From Bacteroidota bacterium (lineage in GTDB: Bacteria > Bacteroidota > Ignavibacteria > SZUA-365): DNA of 48,615 nt. Both the position numbers and the translations under genes were made by a program. Under the pieces are notes generated by a model that was not told the DNA's origin, did not search any database, and saw only the letters and a program-made list of their open reading frames with translations. The first letter of the stretch is position 1. Every line of letters begins with the position of its first letter. The DNA is taken from assembly GCA_016928515.1 (NCBI GenBank), contig JAFGKR010000345.1:1-48615 (forward strand), given 5' to 3'. This document shows, piece after piece, positions 9,284 to 19,177 of this stretch.

Positions 9284-10618
9284 ATGCCGCGGATTCTCCG
9301 ACGCATTCTGGTTACGATTATTCTCAGTCTCACAACAGTGTCGCTCCACGCGCAGACTCCGGCGCAGCGTACCGCGGCGTCCGCGTTTCTCGACGCCCTG
9401 TTCGCGCGGGAGTGGCAGCGCGTCGAAGCGTTGGAGCACCGCACATTGCGGGATAAAATACCTGTGGAACGCTGGACGGAATTGCTCGACGGACTCGAGC
9501 AGCGCGGGGGGCGCTTCCTGCAGCACACTTTTTTTTCGGCCGAGCCGAATGCCAGCTACGCCAGCATCGTACATCGCGTCCACTTCGAGAAAGACTCCAT
9601 CGCCGTGCGCGTCGTAGTGGATTCGCTGAACCTCATCGGGGGATTGTGGCTGGAGCCCATCAAGAAGGACTATCGCTTCCCTCCGCCCGCGTATGCGGAC
9701 ACGGCTGCATTCACCGAGATCGACTTGAATATCGGGACAGAATTTCCACTGGAAGCGGTGCTCACCATACCGAACGGCGAAGGGCCCTTCCCGGCCCTGG
9801 TTCTGGTTCACGGTTCCGGTCCGAGCGACAGGGATCAGACCATTGGCGGGAACAAGATTTTCCGCGATATCGCATGGGGGCTCGCCAGCCGAGGCATCAT
9901 GGTTCTCCGCTATGACAAACGCACCAAGGTATACGGTGCCAACATGGATCGCCGGGAGGTCACCGTACAGAACGAGACCATTGACGATGCTCTTCTGGCC
10001 CTGGAGCTGCTCAACGCCCGGCCGAAAACCGATACCACGCGGTTGATCCTGCTCGGACACAGCCTCGGTGCCGGACTTGCCCCGGAAATCGCGGTGAAGG
10101 GGCCGGACGTCGATGGGGTGGTCATGCTCGCTCCGTTTGCGCGTCCGCTCGAAGTGGTCATTGCTGATCAGTTGCGCTACATCGCATCGCAGCAGGATAC
10201 GCTGACCGCGGAGGAGGAGATCAAGCTTCGGAATGAACTTGACAAGGCAGCGCAGATACAGAGCGAAGAGCTCATGAAAAGCAAAACCCTGCTCGGCATG
10301 CCCGCCTCCTACTATTACGATCTGCATACCCGCGACCAGAACGCCTTCGCGCAACAGCTTTCAGTGCCGATGTTCCTCGCCCGCGGCAGTAAGGACTATC
10401 AGACGTCGGAAATGGAAATCCTTCTCTGGAAGCAATGGCTGGCAGGGAGGGAGGATGTCGTGTTCCGGCGGTACGAAAACTGTTTCCACCTTTTCATCGA
10501 GACGGAGGCCACACCCGGTCCGTGGAATTATCAGCAGGAAGGACACGTGACGAAGGCACTGATCGACGATCTCTCCGCATGGTGCAGATCGTTCACGCTT
10601 TCCAGGCACGACGAGTAG
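9284..10618 (+). CDS. Secreted alpha/beta-fold hydrolase (serine hydrolase)
   Basis: Signal peptide MPRILRRILVTIILSLTTVSLHAQ at the internal ATG 9284. Also LVLVHGSGPSDRD, nucleophile elbow GHSLGA, and a late Asp/His region (GSKDYQT, CFHLF). The track start at 9011 adds a non-protein-like leader. Confidence 0.7.
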   Translation: MPRILRRILVTIILSLTTVSLHAQTPAQRTAASAFLDALFAREWQRVEALEHRTLRDKIPVERWTELLDGLEQRGGRFLQHTFFSAEPNASYASIVHRVHFEKDSIAVRVVVDSLNLIGGLWLEPIKKDYRFPPPAYADTAAFTEIDLNIGTEFPLEAVLTIPNGEGPFPALVLVHGSGPSDRDQTIGGNKIFRDIAWGLASRGIMVLRYDKRTKVYGANMDRREVTVQNETIDDALLALELLNARPKTDTTRLILLGHSLGAGLAPEIAVKGPDVDGVVMLAPFARPLEVVIADQLRYIASQQDTLTAEEEIKLRNELDKAAQIQSEELMKSKTLLGMPASYYYDLHTRDQNAFAQQLSVPMFLARGSKDYQTSEMEILLWKQWLAGREDVVFRRYENCFHLFIETEATPGPWNYQQEGHVTKALIDDLSAWCRSFTLSRHDE

Positions 10619-10626
10619 CGCGGCAC

Positions 10627-11727
10627 ATGGCGAGCGACGAAGAGAGAAAGCGACGCGGGACACCCCGTCGGGTGCATAAACGCAAGGACATCGAAAAACA
10701 ATGGCGGAAGGGTACCGGCCGCTGGCAGTATGCTGGGGAAGGGGAGACGGACCACGACCAACTCGACCGGAAGCTCTCCGCACCGCGGCAATATCAAATG
10801 TCTTCGGAGGAGCAGGAAGGGGAGGCATTGGTGCTGCAGACGGGTGGTCCGACCATCATTCTCCTTGATGGAGAGAACGAGTTACGTGCACGACCTCGGC
10901 GCTCCACCACGACAGGAAATGCCGGCGCCACATTGATTGCCATTGGCGACCGGGTTCGGTATATCGACGTAGGCGAGGAAGAAGCGGTGATCACGCATGT
11001 GTATGAACGCGATTCCTTCCTGCTTCGCACATCCATCAGGGATACGGAATACGCCCAAGTGTTGGTGGCGAATATCGACGAAGTGATCGTCACCGCCGCG
11101 GCCACCGACGAGCTCCTCCGCCCCGGACTGATTGACCGCTATCTCGTTGCCTGTGCGATGGGGGGTATTGACGCCTGTATCTGCATCAACAAGATGGACC
11201 TCCCCGACGAAGAAGAGGAGGCTTTCATCAGCGACATTGTCGCCATGTACGCCGACACCGGCTACGACGTGCTGTTGACCAGCTGTTTCACTGGTGAGGG
11301 GATCGAGACGCTTGCGGCGAGAGTGCACGGAAAGTTGTCTGCTTTCTCCGGTCACAGCGGTGTCGGCAAAACCAGCCTGTTGAATGCACTCATCCCTGAT
11401 CTCGATGAGAAGACACGCGAACTCAGCGATCAGAGCCGGCGCGGAATGCACACCACCTCACGCAGCACGCTCTTCCCGCTTCCGGGCGGCGGCTTCCTGG
11501 CTGACACACCCGGTATCCGCGAATTCGGCCTCTACCAGTTCGATCCCCTCGACCTCCATACCTACTATCCCGAGTTCCTGCCCTTTGCGGATGACTGTCG
11601 CTTTCCCTCCTGCACGCACACGCATGAACCCGGTTGCGCCGTCAAGGAGGCCGTGGAGCGGGAGGATATCCATCCCCTCCGATATCGGAATTACCTCCAG
11701 ATCCTCGAGAGCGAGAGCGAGGAGTGA
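10627..11727 (+). CDS. rsgA: Ribosome small-subunit-dependent GTPase A
   Basis: Circularly permuted GTPase motifs: VANIDEVIVTAAA, CINKMDL, SGHSGVGKTSLLNAL, DTPGIREF. Zinc cluster CRFPSCTHTHEPGCAV. Start chosen at ATG 10627 (basic N-terminal extension MASDEERKRRGTPRRVHKRK, as in E. coli RsgA), just after the hydrolase stop. ATG 10798 is an alternative. Confidence 0.85.
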   Translation: MASDEERKRRGTPRRVHKRKDIEKQWRKGTGRWQYAGEGETDHDQLDRKLSAPRQYQMSSEEQEGEALVLQTGGPTIILLDGENELRARPRRSTTTGNAGATLIAIGDRVRYIDVGEEEAVITHVYERDSFLLRTSIRDTEYAQVLVANIDEVIVTAAATDELLRPGLIDRYLVACAMGGIDACICINKMDLPDEEEEAFISDIVAMYADTGYDVLLTSCFTGEGIETLAARVHGKLSAFSGHSGVGKTSLLNALIPDLDEKTRELSDQSRRGMHTTSRSTLFPLPGGGFLADTPGIREFGLYQFDPLDLHTYYPEFLPFADDCRFPSCTHTHEPGCAVKEAVEREDIHPLRYRNYLQILESESEE

Positions 11728-11733
11728 CCGCAA

Positions 11734-13743
11734 TCAAAACTGCGCGTCCAACTGCAGAGACAGGACGCCGAGGCGATCCCCGGTAATCGCATCATCACCG
11801 CTCCCGAACGACCGTGCGCCGTCGCGCAGCGTCAGGGCATAGCGGGCGCCCACTTCCATCATTCCCCACAGGCGTAGCGTGCAGAAGAGATAGGCTCGCA
11901 TCCCTTCCCCGTAACACACGGTGTTGAGCATCACTCCGCGCACATCGTGTTCGAATTGATAGAGCCGTGCGTCGTACGAGGCGGTACTGTAGCCGGTCAC
12001 CTTTCCGACGAGGGTCAGTGCGTGCAGCGGCCGGAGTCGGACCTCAGCGGAAAGCATGGCGCCATCGGTCGCTGGGGCGTAGTCATCGAAAGCGACACGC
12101 GCATAATCCGCGCGCAGCCGGATGCGCAATCCGTCGGGGAATTCCCGCTGCAGTTCCATGCGTCCGGACATTTTCATGCGCATCGTGAGCGGGCGAATGT
12201 CCCGCCCGAGATCATCGACTGCGGCGATGGTCTGATCCTTGTGCTCACGTCGCAGCTGCAGCGCGAGTTGCGTTTTTCCCGGGAAGCGGTACTCGGCTCG
12301 GAGGAAGAGTTCGCCACCGGAGCTGGGGAGATGCAGGAAGTATGTCCGGTTCGGAATGCGGAAAACGTCACACCAGGCATCGATGCGCAGACCTTTGAAA
12401 GGTCGAAACCGCAGCCCCGTGTACATGCCTTCCTCATTCTGCGGATGACCGCTTCGTTCACCGAAAGCCGCGGCGTGAAGGCTGACAAAGCGTTCATGAT
12501 ACCGCCGGTACAGCAGGGCCAGGTGGAGCCGCGGTGAGAGAAGGATTTCCGCACCTGCGACCAGGGCAGGGACCTGCGTGTGGGAAAGGGCGGCCTCGGC
12601 GTAGATGGCGAACACCGGGGTACTCCAACGTGCATGGAGACCTGCGACCCACGCCGCATCTCCTTCGAAGGCAAAAGGACTGCGGCTCCGGGATGACACG
12701 GAGAACCGCGACGAGACCCCGGATGCACCCATCTGCAGAACATGCGATTTGCTTGCCGTATTCCATTGTACAACCCCTCCGGTCGCGATTTCCCGCACGG
12801 TGCCGCGACGCCGCTGCTCACTCTCCGTGCGATGCAGACCGTCAATGCTGAAACTGCCGGCCGTGCCGGTTGACTCGTCTATCGTTGCGTCGATTTGACG
12901 CGATGAGTACAATCCGAGCACATCGAATCCGGCAAGACGCATTTGCGCCGCCACACCGCGAAAAGCCAGGCCTTCGGTGGCGGAAACGAAGGGTCGCAGA
13001 AGCGGAGCGGCTTTCCCGATTCGATCCGCCTCGGAAGATTTCGCGCGGGCGAAGGCCTGCCAGAAAACAAGGCCCTGTCCCGCGGTCACGGTAAAATCTC
13101 CTGCGACCGCCCGCTGCAGAATGCGATCGCCGCGGATGCTGACGGCTCCGGCGAAATGATCGGTGAGTGATGTTTCTCCGGGGTCCTTTTCCATGATCAT
13201 CCCGGCCTCGATCCCTGCCGGCAGCCGCAGCTGCAACCGCTCCTGGAGCCGTGCACGCGAACCCGGATAGTGCCCGTCGAGATACCCTTCCCGCGGGTGG
13301 GCTTCCTGCTGGAAGCGGCTGCGAAACGTTCCGCCAAAGGGTGATATTTCCGCGGCACGATCGCAATCCAGACGACAGCAGTGCCGGAGCAGGAGGAGTC
13401 GGTCTTCATCATCTGCCAGAGCCCTGGCGATATCCTCCCAGCCCGCATGGGCATCCTGAAGGATTGCAGCAAGTGCATGGCTTTCAGTCGAGGAGAGGAA
13501 CGGAAGGGAAGACAGCTCTTCCGGTGTGGCGCCGCGCAGACAAAGCGGCTGACGGGCAAGGTCCTCGATTTCTTCGATGAATGTGGAAACATCCTCCTCG
13601 GTCGCCGGATCGATCAGCCGTTCGACCAGATCGTAGTCCTGTACATTTTCCGGAGCTGACGGGTCGACGCTCTGGGCGGTGACGGTAAGCGGCTGGAACA
13701 GCAGGACGGCACAGGCCGTCCAGGCGGCATGAAACGTGCGCAT
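11734..13743 (-). CDS. Predicted outer-membrane beta-barrel protein with an N-terminal helix-hairpin-helix (ComEA-like) motif
   Basis: Signal peptide MRTFHAAWTACAVLLFQPLTVTAQ. HhH-like GATPEELSSLPFLSSTESHALAAIL. A region of more than 450 aa has alternating hydrophobic beta-strand patterning and ends in the aromatic ...LSLQLDAQF. GGAG lies upstream of the ATG. Confidence 0.55.
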   Translation of the reverse strand: MRTFHAAWTACAVLLFQPLTVTAQSVDPSAPENVQDYDLVERLIDPATEEDVSTFIEEIEDLARQPLCLRGATPEELSSLPFLSSTESHALAAILQDAHAGWEDIARALADDEDRLLLLRHCCRLDCDRAAEISPFGGTFRSRFQQEAHPREGYLDGHYPGSRARLQERLQLRLPAGIEAGMIMEKDPGETSLTDHFAGAVSIRGDRILQRAVAGDFTVTAGQGLVFWQAFARAKSSEADRIGKAAPLLRPFVSATEGLAFRGVAAQMRLAGFDVLGLYSSRQIDATIDESTGTAGSFSIDGLHRTESEQRRRGTVREIATGGVVQWNTASKSHVLQMGASGVSSRFSVSSRSRSPFAFEGDAAWVAGLHARWSTPVFAIYAEAALSHTQVPALVAGAEILLSPRLHLALLYRRYHERFVSLHAAAFGERSGHPQNEEGMYTGLRFRPFKGLRIDAWCDVFRIPNRTYFLHLPSSGGELFLRAEYRFPGKTQLALQLRREHKDQTIAAVDDLGRDIRPLTMRMKMSGRMELQREFPDGLRIRLRADYARVAFDDYAPATDGAMLSAEVRLRPLHALTLVGKVTGYSTASYDARLYQFEHDVRGVMLNTVCYGEGMRAYLFCTLRLWGMMEVGARYALTLRDGARSFGSGDDAITGDRLGVLSLQLDAQF

Positions 13744-13778
13744 GATAGTTTCTCCCTAAAATTGTGCGAACGATTATG

Positions 13779-14750
13779 TCAGGATGCGAGATCCTCCAAT
13801 GGTATTTCGTCGAGATTGACGGGCAGGCGATGCTGGAACGCGAGCGTCACGACAACCCCGATGATCACCGCGAACCAAAGCGTCGCACTGCGGATAATAA
13901 AGGTCGAAGCGACCGCGACCTCTTTGCTCGCGCCGGCGAGCTGCACGAGCCCCGTCAGGCTTCCCTCGGTCGTTCCGAGTCCTCCCGGCAGCATGCTCAC
14001 CGCTCCGACGATGGTCGAAAAGGCATAGATGAACGTCGCTTTCAGCATCGTGGGCGGCGTTTCGAACACGGAGAGAACGATATAATATCCGAAGCACTCG
14101 AAGAACCATGCAATGACGCTGAGGATGATGGAAACTAGCAGGGGACGGGGACGCAGCATGATATACATGCTGTCGTACGCACTGCGCGCATTGTCGAGGA
14201 AACGGCGGAGAAAGGGCAATCTCCCGAATAGTTCGATGACCGCGATGGATCCGCGGCGCCATGCGAGGAGAATTGTCAGTAGCGCAAAAAACACGGCGAA
14301 GGCGATGACAATCCCGCGACTGATGTCGAACACGTAGGCACCCACGACAAGCAGCAGGACGAGGCCGATGAAATCCGTCAACCGTTCGGCAACCACGATC
14401 GGTGCGGAGCGGCTGATGGGTGTGCCGTTGACCTGCTTGAGAAGATAGGATTTCAGAACTTCACCGAGTTTCCCTGGAGTCACCGCCATGATGAAGGCGG
14501 AGAAGAAGATGATGAGATTGTCTTTCCGCGTCGGTTGAATATCCAGCGTCACGGTGTAGAATTCCCATTTCCAGTAACGGAACACGTAGTTCAGCAGGGT
14601 GCAGCAGAGAATTACGGGTGCGAACCACCAGTTGAATTCCGCGAAGGCGGCAACCAGACCGTCGATGTCCGCGTAGACGGTCAGCGCGATGAAGACCAGC
14701 GCACCGAAGGCCAGCGAAAGCAGGAGTTTTTTACGCCAGTTCGATCCCAT
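13779..14750 (-). CDS. UPF0104 / flippase-like (lysyl-PG synthase TM-region type) integral membrane protein
   Basis: 323 aa with about 8 hydrophobic helices. The N-terminus KKLLLSLAFGALVFIALTVYADIDGLV...FNWWF...FRYWKWEFY is typical of the family. Confidence 0.55.
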   Translation of the reverse strand: MGSNWRKKLLLSLAFGALVFIALTVYADIDGLVAAFAEFNWWFAPVILCCTLLNYVFRYWKWEFYTVTLDIQPTRKDNLIIFFSAFIMAVTPGKLGEVLKSYLLKQVNGTPISRSAPIVVAERLTDFIGLVLLLVVGAYVFDISRGIVIAFAVFFALLTILLAWRRGSIAVIELFGRLPFLRRFLDNARSAYDSMYIMLRPRPLLVSIILSVIAWFFECFGYYIVLSVFETPPTMLKATFIYAFSTIVGAVSMLPGGLGTTEGSLTGLVQLAGASKEVAVASTFIIRSATLWFAVIIGVVVTLAFQHRLPVNLDEIPLEDLAS

Positions 14751-15339
14751 TCGCCTGCGGCGTTTTCTGAATGAATTCCTTGTAGCTGCAATAGAAGCTG
14801 CACAGCGGCAGCCCCATCACATTATAAAAATCTCCGACAATTTTCCGTACGAACACCGCGCCGAAATCGTCCTGGATGCCGTAGGCACCTGCCTTGTCCA
14901 TCGGACTACCTGATTTCACGTACGAGACGATCTCATCGGTATGCAGCTTGCGGAACCACACACCGGTGCGTTCGTAGCGCGTGACCGTGCGCCATCCCGG
15001 TATCTCCACCAGAGAGTAGCCAGTGTACACATCGTGTTTTTGTCCACTGAGACGCTGCAGGATGCGCACGGCATCCGCTTCGGAATCCGGTTTCTCGATG
15101 ATCTCGCCGTCATGCACGACAATGGTATCCGCACCGATGACAATGCCGCCGGGAAGATGCAGCCCGACATCCCGTGCCTTGCGCTCGGCGAGGATGGTCA
15201 CGTGCTCTTCGGGAGAGACCTGCATGTCGATCGATTCATCCACGTCGCTCGCGACCGCTTCGAAGCGCAGTCCCAGCTGTCGCAGCAAATGCCGCCGACG
15301 TGGGGAGCGGGAAGCGAGAACGAGGGATGAAGGTTGCAC
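14731..15339 (-). CDS. maf: Maf-like nucleoside triphosphate pyrophosphatase (septum formation protein)
   Basis: LVLASRSPRRRHLLRQLGL...ADTIV...KAGAYGIQD signature. 202 aa. Confidence 0.85.
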   Translation of the reverse strand: MQPSSLVLASRSPRRRHLLRQLGLRFEAVASDVDESIDMQVSPEEHVTILAERKARDVGLHLPGGIVIGADTIVVHDGEIIEKPDSEADAVRILQRLSGQKHDVYTGYSLVEIPGWRTVTRYERTGVWFRKLHTDEIVSYVKSGSPMDKAGAYGIQDDFGAVFVRKIVGDFYNVMGLPLCSFYCSYKEFIQKTPQANGIELA

Positions 15340-15540
15340 GATACATTCCGGATACGGTGGAACAGGATTGAATTCCCCAATATCGCACGGAGAAACGTTC
15401 GGAAAAAATCAAGACGGATTTCGGAGCGGGGGCTTTTCGAGAGATCATGGAGTGCGCACCCGAAAACGCGATTTTTTCGTATCATTGAAGATGGATATTG
15501 CATCCTGTGTCAATGAAACGCAAGACAGAGAGGAATCGCC

Positions 15541-16143
15541 ATGAACGTATCCCGTCTTTATATCATCATCGGAGTTGTGCTGGTCGCGGTCGTACTTGTG
15601 GTACTGCTCCTTCCCGATGAAGCTCCCGTACCACAGATGACCGAACAGCCGCAGATGCCTCCCGGGCATCCGGATATCGAAGGCATGGAAGGAATGCCGG
15701 GAGCGGGACAGCCTGGAGCCGGGAATGTCCGCTCGGAATTCATGCAGGAGTACACGCGCCTCGAGGAGAAAATCGGAAAGCAGGACGCTTCCGACACCAG
15801 TGACGTGCTGGTGTACGCGCGCATGTTGCTGGATGCACATCAGGCGAAGAAATCCGTTCCGTTGTTCGAGCGCTACGTAAAGGCCGCCCCGAAAAACACC
15901 GCCGTGATGCTCGATCTCTCCGTCGCCTACTTCGAAAGCAGCCAGCCCGACAAGGCTGAGGAGATTACCCGTGCTGTCCTCCGGGTCGATCCGAAGAACA
16001 CGACGGCGATGTATAATCTCGGCGCACTGTACGCGTCGCGAAAGGAGAAAGACAAGGCCCGGAAGGTCTGGAACGACCTGATCACGAACTATCCGGATTC
16101 TCCAGACGCCACCCGCGCCAAAGAAATGCTCAAGCAACTCTGA
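15541..16143 (+). CDS. Membrane-anchored tetratricopeptide-repeat protein
   Basis: N-terminal TM helix LYIIIGVVLVAVVLVVLLL, then TPR-like helices (LDLSVAYFESSQPDKAEEITRAVLRVDPKNTTAMYNLGALYASRKEKDKARKVW). Confidence 0.7.
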   Translation: MNVSRLYIIIGVVLVAVVLVVLLLPDEAPVPQMTEQPQMPPGHPDIEGMEGMPGAGQPGAGNVRSEFMQEYTRLEEKIGKQDASDTSDVLVYARMLLDAHQAKKSVPLFERYVKAAPKNTAVMLDLSVAYFESSQPDKAEEITRAVLRVDPKNTTAMYNLGALYASRKEKDKARKVWNDLITNYPDSPDATRAKEMLKQL

Positions 16144-16158
16144 TCCGGACCGCCGGTC

Positions 16159-17193
16159 TTGGCACGGTACTGCATATTCCGTACCGACCGCATCGGCGAC
16201 GTGGTCCTGACGTTGCCGATGGCGGAAGCACTGAAAGCACACGATCGACGTGCGCACGTGACCTTCTGCGTGCAGGAGTACACCGCTCCGCTTGTCGCAC
16301 TGTGTCCCTTTGTCGACGATATCATCAGCATCCCCGACCGTGACCTCACGCCGGGGAACCGCGAATTTGCACAGACGCTTCGTGCCCGCGATTTCGGGAC
16401 TGCCATCTTCGCATATCCCCGGCCGCGGCTCGCCGCTGCCGCGCGGCGTGCCGCGATTCCCATCCGCGTTGGCACGGCATTTCGCATGTACTCCCTGCGC
16501 TTTACCCATCGCGTCCGCGAGCATCGGAATCCCTCTCTGCGACACGAATGCGATTATAACCTGAACCTCCTGCGACAAATCGATATCCCCATCCCGGACA
16601 ACCTCCTGCCACGGCTGGATATCCCCGACATCCTTCAAGCGGGAGTCCGGGACATTGTCGCGGCATCGGGTATTCCGGACAGGACCTCCTTCGGCATCCT
16701 GCATCCGGGCAGCGGGGGATCGGCGAAAGAATGGCCGCCAGAGCGTTTCTCAGAGCTGGCGCGAATGCTGATATCCTCCCTTCCCGACATGCATCTGTTG
16801 CTGACCGGTACAACGGGAGAGCGGGGATTGATGGAAGCCATTCATCATGCTGCTGCCGCGAACGGCGCAGGCCACCGTGTCCACATCCTGTTCGATGCTG
16901 TTTCTCTCGACCAGCTCACCGCAATTCTGGCATCCTCTCGTTTCTGCGTCGCGAACTCCACGGGCCCCCTGCACATAGCCGCAGCCGTGGGTACGCCCGT
17001 CCTCGGCCTCTATCCGTTCGAGCGCGTCTGCCACCCGCGCCGCTGGGGACCACTGGGGCCGCACAGCCGGGTTCTCATACCCGAACCGGATCCGAATTGT
17101 CCCGATTGCCGGAGGGACAGTTGCCCCATGCATGACGATATGCGCCGCATTTCCGCCGAGGATGCACATGACGCGTTATTGTCTTGCCTCTGA
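16159..17193 (+). CDS. Glycosyltransferase family 9 (LPS heptosyltransferase-like)
   Basis: N-terminus IFRTDRIGDVVLTLPMAEALK and C-terminal ...VANSTGPLHIAAAVGTPVLGLY are typical of GT9. TTG start at 16159. Confidence 0.75.
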   Translation: MARYCIFRTDRIGDVVLTLPMAEALKAHDRRAHVTFCVQEYTAPLVALCPFVDDIISIPDRDLTPGNREFAQTLRARDFGTAIFAYPRPRLAAAARRAAIPIRVGTAFRMYSLRFTHRVREHRNPSLRHECDYNLNLLRQIDIPIPDNLLPRLDIPDILQAGVRDIVAASGIPDRTSFGILHPGSGGSAKEWPPERFSELARMLISSLPDMHLLLTGTTGERGLMEAIHHAAAANGAGHRVHILFDAVSLDQLTAILASSRFCVANSTGPLHIAAAVGTPVLGLYPFERVCHPRRWGPLGPHSRVLIPEPDPNCPDCRRDSCPMHDDMRRISAEDAHDALLSCL

Positions 17194-17283
17194 TCGGAGA
17201 ATTGCCGAGTATACAACAATGTCACACACCGGGAACAGCTGCAGAAAGGAGCGTGTATAATGGGCATACAGAGGAGTCTCATC

Positions 17284-18096
17284 ATGAAAATGCTCATCTA
17301 TACCAGTCTGATCGTGCTCCAGGTGACGCTCGCATTTCCTTCGCTCATGGCACAGAAAACGTCGCCGGAAGGAAAGCCGCCACCGTACCGTTCGATCGAA
17401 CAAAACGCCTTCGACGTGGGTGAGGAATTGATCTATGATGTGAATTACGGTTTCATCACGGCGGGACAGGCGAAGATGGCCATCCCGCGGTATTCGTGGC
17501 AGAAAGGGCGAAAATGCTATCATGTGCAATTCCTCGTGAAATCCAAACCGTTCTTCGATTCCTTCTACCGCGTCCGTGATCGCTATGAATCCCACATCGA
17601 TGCGGAAGGGCTGTTCCCGTGGAAGTTCATCCAACAGATCCGAGAGGGCGGATACAAGCGTGATTTCAGCGCCCGGTTCGACCATAGTACTGAGAGGGCG
17701 TATACGACGGAAGGCGAATATCCCGTCCCGGCCTACACGCATGACGTGGTCTCAGCGTTCTATTTCATGCGCACATACGACTATGGCAGCATGCGCAAGG
17801 GACAGAAGGTGGAACTGCAGAATTTCTACAAGGACAGCACCTATACGCTGACCGTTGTGTATCACGGCAAGGAAACCGTGGATGTGGAAGCCGGCAGGTT
17901 CCGTACCATCATCCTTGAACCCATCATGGAGGAAGGCGGTCTCTTCAAGGCTTCCGGACGCATTTTGGTCTGGCTCACCGACGACGATCGTCGCATCCCG
18001 GTGCAGGTGGACGCGGAGATTCCCATCGGCTCCATCACATCGGAACTCATTGAATACAAGGGGATCAACGGGCCTGTCCGCGCACGTATCGAATAA
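17284..18096 (+). CDS. DUF3108-like secreted protein
   Basis: Signal peptide MKMLIYTSLIVLQVTLAFPSLMAQ. GEELIYDVNYGFITAGQAKM and a beta-rich remainder resemble DUF3108. Start moved from 17260 to ATG 17284. Confidence 0.5.
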   Translation: MKMLIYTSLIVLQVTLAFPSLMAQKTSPEGKPPPYRSIEQNAFDVGEELIYDVNYGFITAGQAKMAIPRYSWQKGRKCYHVQFLVKSKPFFDSFYRVRDRYESHIDAEGLFPWKFIQQIREGGYKRDFSARFDHSTERAYTTEGEYPVPAYTHDVVSAFYFMRTYDYGSMRKGQKVELQNFYKDSTYTLTVVYHGKETVDVEAGRFRTIILEPIMEEGGLFKASGRILVWLTDDDRRIPVQVDAEIPIGSITSELIEYKGINGPVRARIE

Positions 18097-18122
18097 ACGA
18101 GCGACCAAGAGCAGTATCTCCC

Positions 18123-18159
18123 GTCCTTCCCGGTCTTCATGCACGGGGAAGGACTTTTT
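18123..18159 (+). terminator. Rho-independent terminator after the TPR-GT9-DUF3108 unit
   Basis: Stem GTCCTTCCC (18123-18131) pairs with GGGAAGGAC (18146-18154) across a 14-nt loop, followed by TTTTT (18155-18159). It begins 27 nt after the stop codon at 18096. Confidence 0.6.
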
Positions 18160-18217
18160 CGTACTTTACGGCGTGAGTCGACGGCATCCTGCCGCATCAA
18201 GTACCAACGAATCTGTC

Positions 18218-19177
18218 ATGTTCCCACAGCTGAACTTTGATGACATCCGGACGCAGTCCGTTTACACGAGACAGAACAAAGTCACGCTGGAGGCCTGTGC
18301 CCACCCCTTCGACGACGCGGGCAGTTTCTCCGCCTTTGTCCGTTCCCTGCCGGACATTCTCAAGGCGAAGGAATTGCGCGACTTTGCCGCCGCCCTCGCA
18401 ACGGCCCGTCGTGGCGGACGCACCTGTATCCTTCTCATGGGGGCGCATGTGATCAAGGTGGGACTTGCACCCATCGTGATTGACCTGATGGAGCGGGGTA
18501 TCCTCACGCATGTGGCGCTCAACAGCGCCGGTGCCATCCACGATTCGGAATCCGCGCTGTTCGGAGTGACGTCAGAGGATGTGGCGACAAATCTTCAGGA
18601 TGGTTCCTTCGGCATGTGGCGGGAAACCGGGGATTTTATCAACGGCACACTGAAGCGGGCCCGGGATGAGGACGACGCAGGCTTCGGAGAAGCCATCGGC
18701 CGGGCATTGATCGCCGCCGAGGCACCGCATCTCTCATACAGTATTCTTGCAGCGGCCGTGCGTTTGAACGTTCCTGTCAGCATCCATGCCGCAATCGGTA
18801 CCGATATTGTCCATCAGCAGCCGAGCATGGACGGTGCGGTCACGGGGGAGATGAGCTTTCGTGATTTCCGCGTTCTCGCCCATTCCGTCAAGGATCTCGG
18901 AGAGGATGCGGTGGTGATGAATGTGGGATCCGCCGTCATCCTCCCGGAAATCTTTCTGAAAGCCCTTACCGTCGTAAGGAATCTCGGCTATGCAGCCCGG
19001 GGTTTCGCCGCGGCGAATTTCGACATGATACAGCATTACCGGCCGAACATGAACGTCGTGACGCGTCCCACTCTCGGAGCCGGACGCGGTTTCGTCTTTA
19101 CCGGCCATCACGAAATCATGCTGCCCCTTCTCGCCGCAATGGTGAAAGAGCGCCTGGCGGAGGTGGACAATGAATGA
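18218..19177 (+). CDS. Deoxyhypusine-synthase-like (DHS-fold) protein of unknown function
   Basis: CILLMGAHVIKVGLAPIVIDLMERGILTHVALNSAGAIHDSE and NVPVSIHAAIGTDIVHQ follow the layout of DHS-family proteins (xTSNLISSGxR...VDxLVTTAGGxEED, ...IPVFxPAxTDG). This was judged by eye only. Start at ATG 18218 (MFPQLNF), because the track start at 17855 lies inside the DUF3108 gene. Confidence 0.45.
   Translation: MFPQLNFDDIRTQSVYTRQNKVTLEACAHPFDDAGSFSAFVRSLPDILKAKELRDFAAALATARRGGRTCILLMGAHVIKVGLAPIVIDLMERGILTHVALNSAGAIHDSESALFGVTSEDVATNLQDGSFGMWRETGDFINGTLKRARDEDDAGFGEAIGRALIAAEAPHLSYSILAAAVRLNVPVSIHAAIGTDIVHQQPSMDGAVTGEMSFRDFRVLAHSVKDLGEDAVVMNVGSAVILPEIFLKALTVVRNLGYAARGFAAANFDMIQHYRPNMNVVTRPTLGAGRGFVFTGHHEIMLPLLAAMVKERLAEVDNE

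Noticed and set aside
8368-10354. Minus-strand ORFs of 275 aa (8368-9195) and 362 aa (9266-10354)
   Set aside because: They are antisense to the murU-like gene and the alpha/beta hydrolase gene. No motifs were found.
15445-16704. 419-aa minus-strand ORF spanning the TPR and GT9 genes
   Set aside because: It crosses two well-supported + strand genes and an intergenic gap, and its composition is Arg/Gly/Asp/His-rich.
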